Below are positions 26,601-40,406 of a stretch of 64,000 bases of DNA, one piece after another. Below the pieces are notes generated by a model. It was not told where the DNA came from and made no database searches. It worked only from the letters and a program-made list of their open reading frames with translations. The stretch's first letter is position 1. Each line of letters starts with the position of its first letter. Source of the stretch: Eledone cirrhosa (lineage: Eukaryota); assembly GCA_964016885.1 (NCBI GenBank), contig OZ024741.1, positions 244,962,001 through 245,026,000 on the forward strand. Direction: 5' to 3'. Position numbers and translations under genes: made by a program.

Positions 26601-27694
26601 TGAAATTCACGCCACACATAGCCAATGAGTGTCTGCACATGTACCAGTAATTACAGATCGATCCGACCACGGGCGGCCGGCCCGCGATTGAAAAGGTAAA
26701 TCCGCCGGCTAATCGTCATTTTTGGATTCGTTTTCTTCGAAGCACACCATTCGCCGGCGGACTTTGTTGACGTTTAACACGGTTTGGTTCCACAGCCACA
26801 ACTATTGATTTTACGGAGATATCTTGCTGAAATTCACGCCACACATAGCCAATGAGTATCTGCACATGTACCAGTAATTACAGATCGATCCGACCGCGGG
26901 CGGCCGGCCCGCGATTAAAAAGGTAAATCCGCCGGCTAATTGTCATTTTTGGATTCGTTTTCTTCGAAGCACACCATTCGCCGGCGGACTTTGTTGACGT
27001 TTAACACGGTTTGGTTCCACAGCCACAACTATTGATTTTACGGAGATATCTTGCTGAAATTCACGCCACACATAGCCAATGAGTGTCTGCACATGTACCA
27101 GTAATTACAGATCGATCCGACCACGGGCGGCCGGCCCGCGATTGAAAAGGTAAATCCGCCGGCTAATCGTCATTTTTGGATTCGTTTTCTTCGAAGCACA
27201 CCATTCGCCGGCGGACTTTGTTGACGTTTAACACGGTTTGGTTCCACAGCCACAACTATTGATTTTACGGAGATATCTTGCTGAAATTCACGCCACACAT
27301 AGCCAATGAGTATCTGCACATGTACCAGTAATTACAGATCGATCCGACCGCGGGCGGCCGGCCCGCGATTAAAAAGGTAAATCCGCCGGCTAATTGTCAT
27401 TTTTGGATTCGTTTTCTTCGAAGCACACCATTCGCCGGCGGACTTTGTTGACGTTTAACACGGTTTGGTTCCACAGCCACAACTATTGATTTTACGGAGA
27501 TATCTTGCTGAAATTCACGCCACACATAGCCAATGAGTGTCTGCACATGTACCAGTAATTACAGATCGATCCGACCACGGGCGGCCGGCCCGCGATTGAA
27601 AAGGTAAATCCGCCGGCTAATCGTCATTTTTGGATTCGTTTTCTTCGAAGCACACCATTCGCCGGCGGACTTTGTTGACGTTTAACACGGTTTG
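19296..27694. repeat. 18-monomer tandem duplication (19296-23381 vs 23382-27694; second copy has one extra B)
   Basis: C124G at 19646/23732 and C179T at 20155/24241 are offset by 4086 bp = 18x227. The type order is otherwise the same. Confidence 0.85.
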
Positions 27695-30600
27695 GTTCCA
27701 CAGCCACAACTATTGATTTTACGGAGATATCTTGCTGAAATTCACGCCACACATAGCCAATGAGTGTCTGCACATGTACCAGTAATTACAGATCGATCCG
27801 ACCACGGGCGGCCGGCCCGCGATTGAAAAGGTAAATCCGCCGGCTAATCGTCATTTTTGGATTCGTTTTCTTCGAAGCACACCATTCGCCGGCGGACTTT
27901 GTTGACGTTTAACACGGTTTGGTTCCACAGCCACAACTATTGATTTTACGGAGATATCTTGCTGAAATTCACGCCACACATAGCCAATGAGTATCTGCAC
28001 ATGTACCAGTAATTACAGATCGATCCGACCGCGGGCGGCCGGCCCGCGATTGAAAAGGTAAATCCGCCGGCTAATCGTCATTTTTGGATTCGTTTTCTTC
28101 GAAGCACACCATTCGCCGGCGGACTTTGTTGACGTTTAACACGGTTTGGTTCCACAGCCACAACTATTGATTTTACGGAGATATCTTGCTGAAATTCACG
28201 ACACACATAGCCAATGTGAGTCTGCACATGTACCAGTAATTACAGATCGATCCGACCACGGGCGGCCGGCCCGCGATTGAAAAGGTAAATCCGCCGGCTA
28301 ATCGTCATTTTTGGATTCGTTTTCTTCGAAGCACACCATTCGCCGGCGGACTTTGTTGACGTTTAACACGGTTTGGTTCCACAGCCACAACTATTGATTT
28401 TACGGAGATATCTTGCTGAAATTCACGCCACACATAGCCAATGAGTGTCTGCACATGTACCAGTAATTACAGATCGATCCGACCACGGGCGGCCGGCCCG
28501 CGATTGAAAAGGTAAATCCGCCGGCTAATCGTCATTTTTGGATTCGTTTTCTTCGAAGCACACCATTCGCCGGCGGACTTTGTTGACGTTTAACACGGTT
28601 TGGTTCCACAGCCACAACTATTGATTTTACGGAGATATCTTGCTGAAATTCACGCCACACATAGCCAATGAGTATCTGCACATGTACCAGTAATTACAGA
28701 TCGATCCGACCGCGGGCGGCCGGCCCGCGATTAAAAAGGTAAATCCGCCGGCTAATTGTCATTTTTGGATTCGTTTTCTTCGAAGCACACCATTCGCCGG
28801 CGGACTTTGTTGACGTTTAACACGGTTTGGTTCCACAGCCACAACTATTGATTTTACGGAGATATCTTGCTGAAATTCACGCCACACATAGCCAATGAGT
28901 GTCTGCACATGTACCAGTAATTACAGATCGATCCGACCACGGGCGGCCGGCCCGCGATTGAAAAGGTAAATCCGCCGGCTAATCGTCATTTTTGGATTCG
29001 TTTTCTTCGAAGCACACCATTCGCCGGCGGACTTTGTTGACGTTTAACACGGTTTGGTTCCACAGCCACAACTATTGATTTTACGGAGATATCTTGCTGA
29101 AATTCACGCCACACATAGCCAATGAGTATCTGCACATGTACCAGTAATTACAGATCGATCCGACCGCGGGCGGCCGGCCCGCGATTAAAAAGGTAAATCC
29201 GCCGGCTAATTGTCATTTTTGGATTCGTTTTCTTCGAAGCACACCATTCGCCGGCGGACTTTGTTGACGTTTAACACGGTTTGGTTCCACAGCCACAACT
29301 ATTGATTTTACGGAGATATCTTGCTGAAATTCACGCCACACATAGCCAATGAGTGTCTGCACATGTACCAGTAATTACAGATCGATCCGACCACGGGCGG
29401 CCGGCCCGCGATTGAAAAGGTAAATCCGCCGGCTAATCGTCATTTTTGGATTCGTTTTCTTCGAAGCACACCATTCGCCGGCGGACTTTGTTGACGTTTA
29501 ACACGGTTTGGTTCCACAGCCACAACTATTGATTTTACGGAGATATCTTGCTGAAATTCACGCCACACATAGCCAATGAGTGTCTGCACATGTACCAGTA
29601 ATTACAGATCGATCCGACCACGGGCGGCCGGCCCGCGATTGAAAAGGTAAATCCGCCGGCTAATCGTCATTTTTGGATTCGTTTTCTTCGAAGCACACCA
29701 TTCGCCGGCGGACTTTGTTGACGTTTAACACGGTTTGGTTCCACAGCCACAACTATTGATTTTACGGAGATATCTTGCTGAAATTCACGCCACACATAGC
29801 CAATGAGTATCTGCACATGTACCAGTAATTACAGATCGATCCGACCGCGGGCGGCCGGCCCGCGATTGAAAAGGTAAATCCGCCGGCTAATCGTCATTTT
29901 TGGATTCGTTTTCTTCGAAGCACACCATTCGCCGGCGGACTTTGTTGACGTTTAACACGGTTTGGTTCCACAGCCACAACTATTGATTTTACGGAGATAT
30001 CTTGCTGAAATTCACGACACACATAGCCAATGTGAGTCTGCACATGTACCAGTAATTACAGATCGATCCGACCACGGGCGGCCGGCCCGCGATTGAAAAG
30101 GTAAATCCGCCGGCTAATCGTCATTTTTGGATTCGTTTTCTTCGAAGCACACCATTCGCCGGCGGACTTTGTTGACATTTAACACGGTTTGGTTCCACAG
30201 CCACAACTATTGATTTTACGGAGATATCTTGCTGAAATTCACGACACACATAGCCAATGTGAGTCTGCACATGTACCAGTAATTACAGATCGATCCGACC
30301 ACGGGCGGCCGGCCCGCGATTGAAAAGGTAAATCCGCCGGCTAATCGTCATTTTTGGATTCGTTTTCTTCGAAGCACACCATTCGCCGGCGGACTTTGTT
30401 GACGTTTAACACGGTTTGGTTCCACAGCCACAACTATTGATTTTACGGAGATATCTTGCTGAAATTCACGCCACACATAGCCAATGAGTGTCTGCACATG
30501 TACCAGTAATTACAGATCGATCCGACCACGGGCGGCCGGCCCGCGATTGAAAAGGTAAATCCGCCGGCTAATCGTCATTTTTGGATTCGTTTTCTTCGAA

Positions 30601-33600
30601 GCACACCATTCGCCGGCGGACTTTGTTGACGTTTAACACGGTTTGGTTCCACAGCCACAACTATTGATTTTACGGAGATATCTTGCTGAAATTCACGCCA
30701 CACATAGCCAATGAGTATCTGCACATGTACCAGTAATTACAGATCGATCCGACCGCGGGCGGCCGGCCCGCGATTAAAAAGGTAAATCCGCCGGCTAATT
30801 GTCATTTTTGGATTCGTTTTCTTCGAAGCACACCATTCGCCGGCGGACTTTGTTGACGTTTAACACGGTTTGGTTCCACAGCCACAACTATTGATTTTAC
30901 GGAGATATCTTGCTGAAATTCACGCCACACATAGCCAATGAGTGTCTGCACATGTACCAGTAATTACAGATCGATCCGACCACGGGCGGCCGGCCCGCGA
31001 TTGAAAAGGTAAATCCGCCGGCTAATCGTCATTTTTGGATTCGTTTTCTTCGAAGCACACCATTCGCCGGCGGACTTTGTTGACATTTAACACGGTTTGG
31101 TTCCACAGCCACAACTATTGATTTTACGGAGATATCTTGCTGAAATTCACGCCACACATAGCCAATGAGTGTCTGCACATGTACCAGTAATTACAGATCG
31201 ATCCGACCACGGGCGGCCGGCCCGCGATTGAAAAGGTAAATCCGCCGGCTAATCGTCATTTTTGGATTCGTTTTCTTCGAAGCACACCATTCGCCGGCGG
31301 ACTTTGTTGACATTTAACACGGTTTGGTTCCACAGCCACAACTATTGATTTTACGGAGATATCTTGCTGAAATTCACGACACACATAGCCAATGTGAGTC
31401 TGCACATGTACCAGTAATTACAGATCGATCCGACCACGGGCGGCCGGCCCGCGATTGAAAAGGTAAATCCGCCGGCTAATCGTCATTTTTGGATTCGTTT
31501 TCTTCGAAGCACACCATTCGCCGGCGGACTTTGTTGACGTTTAACACGGTTTGGTTCCACAGCCACAACTATTGATTTTACGGAGATATCTTGCTGAAAT
31601 TCACGCCACACATAGCCAATGAGTGTCTGCACATGTACCAGTAATTACAGATCGATCCGACCACGGGCGGCCGGCCCGCGATTGAAAAGGTAAATCCGCC
31701 GGCTAATCGTCATTTTTGGATTCGTTTTCTTCGAAGCACACCATTCGCCGGCGGACTTTGTTGACGTTTAACACGGTTTGGTTCCACAGCCACAACTATT
31801 GATTTTACGGAGATATCTTGCTGAAATTCACGCCACACATAGCCAATGAGTGTCTGCACATGTACCAGTAATTACAGATCGATCCGACCACGGGCGGCCG
31901 GCCCGCGATTGAAAAGGTAAATCCGCCGGCTAATCGTCATTTTTGGATTCGTTTTCTTCGAAGCACACCATTCGCCGGCGGACTTTGTTGACGTTTAACA
32001 CGGTTTGGTTCCACAGCCACAACTATTGATTTTACGGAGATATCTTGCTGAAATTCACGCCACACATAGCCAATGAGTATCTGCACATGTACCAGTAATT
32101 ACAGATCGATCCGACCGCGGGCGGCCGGCCCGCGATTAAAAAGGTAAATCCGCCGGCTAATTGTCATTTTTGGATTCGTTTTCTTCGAAGCACACCATTC
32201 GCCGGCGGACTTTGTTGACGTTTAACACGGTTTGGTTCCACAGCCACAACTATTGATTTTACGGAGATATCTTGCTGAAATTCACGCCACACATAGCCAA
32301 TGAGTGTCTGCACATGTACCAGTAATTACAGATCGATCCGACCACGGGCGGCCGGCCCGCGATTGAAAAGGTAAATCCGCCGGCTAATCGTCATTTTTGG
32401 ATTCGTTTTCTTCGAAGCACACCATTCGCCGGCGGACTTTGTTGACGTTTAACACGGTTTGGTTCCACAGCCACAACTATTGATTTTACGGAGATATCTT
32501 GCTGAAATTCACGCCACACATAGCCAATGAGTGTCTGCACATGTACCAGTAATTACAGATCGATCCGACCACGGGCGGCCGGCCCGCGATTGAAAAGGTA
32601 AATCCGCCGGCTAATCGTCATTTTTGGATTCGTTTTCTTCGAAGCACACCATTCGCCGGCGGACTTTGTTGACGTTTAACACGGTTTGGTTCCACAGCCA
32701 CAACTATTGATTTTACGGAGATATCTTGCTGAAATTCACGCCACACATAGCCAATGAGTATCTGCACATGTACCAGTAATTACAGATCGATCCGACCGCG
32801 GGCGGCCGGCCCGCGATTGAAAAGGTAAATCCGCCGGCTAATCGTCATTTTTGGATTCGTTTTCTTCGAAGCACACCATTCGCCGGCGGACTTTGTTGAC
32901 GTTTAACACGGTTTGGTTCCACAGCCACAACTATTGATTTTACGGAGATATCTTGCTGAAATTCACGACACACATAGCCAATGTGAGTCTGCACATGTAC
33001 CAGTAATTACAGATCGATCCGACCACGGGCGGCCGGCCCGCGATTGAAAAGGTAAATCCGCCGGCTAATCGTCATTTTTGGATTCGTTTTCTTCGAAGCA
33101 CACCATTCGCCGGCGGACTTTGTTGACATTTAACACGGTTTGGTTCCACAGCCACAACTATTGATTTTACGGAGATATCTTGCTGAAATTCACGACACAC
33201 ATAGCCAATGTGAGTCTGCACATGTACCAGTAATTACAGATCGATCCGACCACGGGCGGCCGGCCCGCGATTGAAAAGGTAAATCCGCCGGCTAATCGTC
33301 ATTTTTGGATTCGTTTTCTTCGAAGCACACCATTCGCCGGCGGACTTTGTTGACGTTTAACACGGTTTGGTTCCACAGCCACAACTATTGATTTTACGGA
33401 GATATCTTGCTGAAATTCACGCCACACATAGCCAATGAGTGTCTGCACATGTACCAGTAATTACAGATCGATCCGACCACGGGCGGCCGGCCCGCGATTG
33501 AAAAGGTAAATCCGCCGGCTAATCGTCATTTTTGGATTCGTTTTCTTCGAAGCACACCATTCGCCGGCGGACTTTGTTGACGTTTAACACGGTTTGGTTC

Positions 33601-35639
33601 CACAGCCACAACTATTGATTTTACGGAGATATCTTGCTGAAATTCACGCCACACATAGCCAATGAGTATCTGCACATGTACCAGTAATTACAGATCGATC
33701 CGACCGCGGGCGGCCGGCCCGCGATTAAAAAGGTAAATCCGCCGGCTAATTGTCATTTTTGGATTCGTTTTCTTCGAAGCACACCATTCGCCGGCGGACT
33801 TTGTTGACGTTTAACACGGTTTGGTTCCACAGCCACAACTATTGATTTTACGGAGATATCTTGCTGAAATTCACGCCACACATAGCCAATGAGTGTCTGC
33901 ACATGTACCAGTAATTACAGATCGATCCGACCACGGGCGGCCGGCCCGCGATTGAAAAGGTAAATCCGCCGGCTAATCGTCATTTTTGGATTCGTTTTCT
34001 TCGAAGCACACCATTCGCCGGCGGACTTTGTTGACATTTAACACGGTTTGGTTCCACAGCCACAACTATTGATTTTACGGAGATATCTTGCTGAAATTCA
34101 CGCCACACATAGCCAATGAGTGTCTGCACATGTACCAGTAATTACAGATCGATCCGACCACGGGCGGCCGGCCCGCGATTGAAAAGGTAAATCCGCCGGC
34201 TAATCGTCATTTTTGGATTCGTTTTCTTCGAAGCACACCATTCGCCGGCGGACTTTGTTGACATTTAACACGGTTTGGTTCCACAGCCACAACTATTGAT
34301 TTTACGGAGATATCTTGCTGAAATTCACGACACACATAGCCAATGTGAGTCTGCACATGTACCAGTAATTACAGATCGATCCGACCACGGGCGGCCGGCC
34401 CGCGATTGAAAAGGTAAATCCGCCGGCTAATCGTCATTTTTGGATTCGTTTTCTTCGAAGCACACCATTCGCCGGCGGACTTTGTTGACGTTTAACACGG
34501 TTTGGTTCCACAGCCACAACTATTGATTTTACGGAGATATCTTGCTGAAATTCACGCCACACATAGCCAATGAGTGTCTGCACATGTACCAGTAATTACA
34601 GATCGATCCGACCACGGGCGGCCGGCCCGCGATTGAAAAGGTAAATCCGCCGGCTAATCGTCATTTTTGGATTCGTTTTCTTCGAAGCACACCATTCGCC
34701 GGCGGACTTTGTTGACGTTTAACACGGTTTGGTTCCACAGCCACAACTATTGATTTTACGGAGATATCTTGCTGAAATTCACGCCACACATAGCCAATGA
34801 GTATCTGCACATGTACCAGTAATTACAGATCGATCCGACCGCGGGCGGCCGGCCCGCGATTAAAAAGGTAAATCCGCCGGCTAATTGTCATTTTTGGATT
34901 CGTTTTCTTCGAAGCACACCATTCGCCGGCGGACTTTGTTGACGTTTAACACGGTTTGGTTCCACAGCCACAACTATTGATTTTACGGAGATATCTTGCT
35001 GAAATTCACGCCACACATAGCCAATGAGTGTCTGCACATGTACCAGTAATTACAGATCGATCCGACCACGGGCGGCCGGCCCGCGATTGAAAAGGTAAAT
35101 CCGCCGGCTAATCGTCATTTTTGGATTCGTTTTCTTCGAAGCACACCATTCGCCGGCGGACTTTGTTGACGTTTAACACGGTTTGGTTCCACAGCCACAA
35201 CTATTGATTTTACGGAGATATCTTGCTGAAATTCACGCCACACATAGCCAATGAGTATCTGCACATGTACCAGTAATTACAGATCGATCCGACCGCGGGC
35301 GGCCGGCCCGCGATTAAAAAGGTAAATCCGCCGGCTAATTGTCATTTTTGGATTCGTTTTCTTCGAAGCACACCATTCGCCGGCGGACTTTGTTGACGTT
35401 TAACACGGTTTGGTTCCACAGCCACAACTATTGATTTTACGGAGATATCTTGCTGAAATTCACGCCACACATAGCCAATGAGTGTCTGCACATGTACCAG
35501 TAATTACAGATCGATCCGACCACGGGCGGCCGGCCCGCGATTGAAAAGGTAAATCCGCCGGCTAATCGTCATTTTTGGATTCGTTTTCTTCGAAGCACAC
35601 CATTCGCCGGCGGACTTTGTTGACGTTTAACACGGTTTG
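24517..35639. repeat. 13/14-mer higher-order repeat CDBbCEccbC(E)CEC in three copies, plus an 8-mer tandem duplication
   Basis: Copies start at 24517, 29511 and 32462. bCECECCD occurs at 26333-28148 and 28149-29964 (manual typing). Confidence 0.75.
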
Positions 35640-37228
35640 GTTCCACAGCCACAACTATTGATTTTACGGAGATATCTTGCTGAAATTCACGCCACACATA
35701 GCCAATGAGTGTCTGCACATGTACCAGTAATTACAGATCGATCCGACCACGGGCGGCCGGCCCGCGATTGAAAAGGTAAATCCGCTGGCTAATCGTCATT
35801 TTTGGATTCGTTTTCTTCGAAGCACACCATTCGCCGGCGGACTTTGTTGACGTTTAACACGGTTTGGTTCCACAGCCACAACTATTGATTTTACGGAGAT
35901 ATCTTGCTGAAATTCACGCCACACATAGCCAATGAGTATCTGCACATGTACCAGTAATTACAGATCGATCCGACCGCGGGCGGCCGGCCCGCGATTAAAA
36001 AGGTAAAACCGCCGGCTAATTGTCATTTTTGGATTCGTTTTCTTCGAAGCACACCATTCGCCGGCGGACTTTGTTGACGTTTAACACGGTTTGGTTCCAC
36101 AGCCACAACTATTGATTTTACGGAGATATCTTGCTGAAATTCACGCCACACATAGCCAATGAGTGTCTGCACATGTACCAGTAATTACAGATCGATCCGA
36201 CCACGGGCGGCCGGCCCGCGATTGAAAAGGTAAATCCGCCGGCTAATCGTCATTTTTGGATTCGTTTTCTTCGAAGCACACCATTCGCCGGCGGACTTTG
36301 TTGACGTTTAACACGGTTTGGTTCCACAGCCACAACTATTGATTTTACGGAGATATCTTGCTGAAATTCACGCCACACATAGCCAATGAGTATCTGCACA
36401 TGTACCAGTAATTACAGATCGATCCGACCGCGGGCGGCCGGCCCGCGATTAAAAAGGTAAATCCGCCGGCTAATTGTCATTTTTGGATTCGTTTTCTTCG
36501 AAGCACACCATTCGCCGGCGGACTTTGTTGACGTTTAACACGGTTTGGTTCCACAGCCACAACTATTGATTTTACGGAGATATCTTGCTGAAATTCACGC
36601 CACACATAGCCAATGAGTGTCTGCACATGTACCAGTAATTACAGATCGATCCGACCACGGGCGGCCGGCCCGCGATTGAAAAGGTAAATCCGCCGGCTAA
36701 TCGTCATTTTTGGATTCGTTTTCTTCGAAGCACACCATTCGCCGGCGGACTTTGTTGACGTTTAACACGGTTTGGTTCCACAGCCACAACTATTGATTTT
36801 ACGGAGATATCTTGCTGAAATTCACGCCACACATAGCCAATGAGTGTCTGCACATGTACCAGTAATTACAGATCGATCCGACCACGGGCGGCCGGCCCGC
36901 GATTGAAAAGGTAAATCCGCTGGCTAATCGTCATTTTTGGATTCGTTTTCTTCGAAGCACACCATTCGCCGGCGGACTTTGTTGACGTTTAACACGGTTT
37001 GGTTCCACAGCCACAACTATTGATTTTACGGAGATATCTTGCTGAAATTCACGCCACACATAGCCAATGAGTATCTGCACATGTACCAGTAATTACAGAT
37101 CGATCCGACCGCGGGCGGCCGGCCCGCGATTAAAAAGGTAAAACCGCCGGCTAATTGTCATTTTTGGATTCGTTTTCTTCGAAGCACACCATTCGCCGGC
37201 GGACTTTGTTGACGTTTAACACGGTTTG
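34959..37228. repeat. 5-monomer tandem duplication
   Basis: The C147T marker is at 35786 and 36921, offset 1135 = 5x227. Each is followed by an A142 monomer. Confidence 0.85.
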
Positions 37229-40200
37229 GTTCCACAGCCACAACTATTGATTTTACGGAGATATCTTGCTGAAATTCACGACACACATAGCCAATGTGAG
37301 TCTGCACATGTACCAGTAATTACAGATCGATCCGACCACGGGCGGCCGGCCCGCGATTGAAAAGGTAAATCCGCCGGCTAATCGTCATTTTTGGATTCGT
37401 TTTCTTCGAAGCACACCATTCGCCGGCGGACTTTGTTGACGTTTAACACCGTTTGGTTCCACAGCCACAACTATTGATTTTACGGAGATATCTTGCTGAA
37501 ATTCACGCCACACATAGCCAATGGGTGTCTGCACATGTACCAGTAATTACAGATCGATCCGACCACGGGCGGCCGGCCCGCGATTGAAAAGGTAAATCCG
37601 CCGGCTAACCGTCATTTTTGGATTCGTTTTCTTCGAAGCACACCATTCGCCGGCGGACTTTGTTGACGTTTAACACGGTTTGGTTCCACAGCCACAACTA
37701 TTGATTTTACGGAGATATCTTGCTGAAATTCACGCCACACATAGCCAATGAGTGTCTGCACATGTACCAGTAATTACAGATCGATCCGACCACGGGCGGC
37801 CGGCCCGCGATTGAAAAGGTAAATCCGCCGGCTAATCGTCATTTTTGGATTCGTTTTCTTCGAAGCACACCATTCGCCGGCGGACTTTGTTGACGTTTAA
37901 CACGGTTTGGTTCCACAGCCACAACTATTGATTTTACGGAGATATCTTGCTGAAATTCACGCCACACATAGCCAATGAGTATCTGCACATGTACCAGTAA
38001 TTACAGATCGATCCGACCGCGGGCGGCCGGCCCGCGATTAAAAAGGTAAATCCGCCGGCTAATCGTCATTTTTGGATTCGTTTTCTTCGAAGCACACCAT
38101 TCGCCGGCGGACTTTGTTGACGTTTAACACGGTTTGGTTCCACAGCCACAACTATTGATTTTACGGAGATATCTTGCTGAAATTCACGACACACATAGCC
38201 AATGTGAGTCTGCACATGTACCAGTAATTACAGATCGATCCGACCACGGGCGGCCGGCCCGCGATTGAAAAGGTAAATCCGCCGGCTAATCGTCATTTTT
38301 GGATTCGTTTTCTTCGAAGCACACCATTCGCCGGCGGACTTTGTTGACGTTTAACACCGTTTGGTTCCACAGCCACAACTATTGATTTTACGGAGATATC
38401 TTGCTGAAATTCACGCCACACATAGCCAATGGGTGTCTGCACATGTACCAGTAATTACAGATCGATCCGACCACGGGCGGCCGGCCCGCGATTGAAAAGG
38501 TAAATCCGCCGGCTAACCGTCATTTTTGGATTCGTTTTCTTCGAAGCACACCATTCGCCGGCGGACTTTGTTGACGTTTAACACGGTTTGGTTCCACAGC
38601 CACAACTATTGATTTTACGGAGATATCTTGCTGAAATTCACGCCACACATAGCCAATGAGTGTCTGCACATGTACCAGTAATTACAGATCGATCCGACCA
38701 CGGGCGGCCGGCCCGCGATTGAAAAGGTAAATCCGCCGGCTAATCGTCATTTTTGGATTCGTTTTCTTCGAAGCACACCATTCGCCGGCGGACTTTGTTG
38801 ACGTTTAACACGGTTTGGTTCCACAGCCACAACTATTGATTTTACGGAGATATCTTGCTGAAATTCACGCCACACATAGCCAATGAGTGTCTGCACATGT
38901 ACCAGTAATTACAGATCGATCCGACCGCGGGCGGCCGGCCCGCGATTGAAAAGGTAAATCCGCCGGCTAATAGTCATTTTTGGATTCGTTTTCTTCGAAG
39001 CACACCATTCGCCGGCGGACTTTGTTGACGTTTAACACGGTTTGGTTCCACAGCCACAACTATTGATTTTACGGAGATATCTTGCTGAAATTCACGCCAC
39101 ACATAGCCAATGAGTATCTGCACATGTACCAGTAATTACAGATCGATCCGACCGCGGGCGGCCGGCCCGCGATTAAAAAGGTAAATCCGCCGGCTAATCG
39201 TCATTTTTGGATTCGTTTTCTTCGAAGCACACCATTCGCCGGCGGACTTTGTTGACGTTTAACACCGTTTGGTTCCACAGCCACAACTATTGATTTTACG
39301 GAGATATCTTGCTGAAATTCACGCCACACATAGCCAATGAGTGTCTGCACATGTACCAGTAATTACAGATCGATCCGACCACGGGCGGCCGGCCCGCGAT
39401 TGAAAAGGTAAATCCGCCGGCTAATCGTCATTTTTGGATTCGTTTTCTTCGAAGCACACCATTCGCCGGCGGACTTTGTTGACGTTTAACACGGTTTGGT
39501 TCCACAGCCACAACTATTGATTTTACGGAGATATCTTGCTGAAATTCACGCCACACATAGCCAATGAGTATCTGCACATGTACCAGTAATTACAGATCGA
39601 TCCGACCGCGGGCGGCCGGCCCGCGATTGAAAAGGTAAATCCGCCGGCTAATCGTCATTTTTGGATTCGTTTTCTTCGAAGCACACCATTCGCCGGCGGA
39701 CTTTGTTGACGTTTAACACGGTTTGGTTCCACAGCCACAACTATTGATTTTACGGAGATATCTTGCTGAAATTCACGACACACATAGCCAATGTGAGTCT
39801 GCACATGTACCAGTAATTACAGATCGATCCGACCACGGGCGGCCGGCCCGCGATTGAAAAGGTAAATCCGCCGGCTAATCGTCATTTTTGGATTCGTTTT
39901 CTTCGAAGCACACCATTCGCCGGCGGACTTTGTTGACATTTAACACGGTTTGGTTCCACAGCCACAACTATTGATTTTACGGAGATATCTTGCTGAAATT
40001 CACGCCACACATAGCCAATGAGTGTCTGCACATGTACCAGTAATTACAGATCGATCCGACCACGGGCGGCCGGCCCGCGATTGAAAAGGTAAATCCGCCG
40101 GCTAATCGTCATTTTTGGATTCGTTTTCTTCGAAGCACACCATTCGCCGGCGGACTTTGTTGACGTTTAACACGGTTTGGTTCCACAGCCACAACTATTG

Positions 40201-40406
40201 ATTTTACGGAGATATCTTGCTGAAATTCACGCCACACATAGCCAATGAGTATCTGCACATGTACCAGTAATTACAGATCGATCCGACCGCGGGCGGCCGG
40301 CCCGCGATTAAAAAGGTAAATCCGCCGGCTAATTGTCATTTTTGGATTCGTTTTCTTCGAAGCACACCATTCGCCGGCGGACTTTGTTGACGTTTAACAC
40401 GGTTTG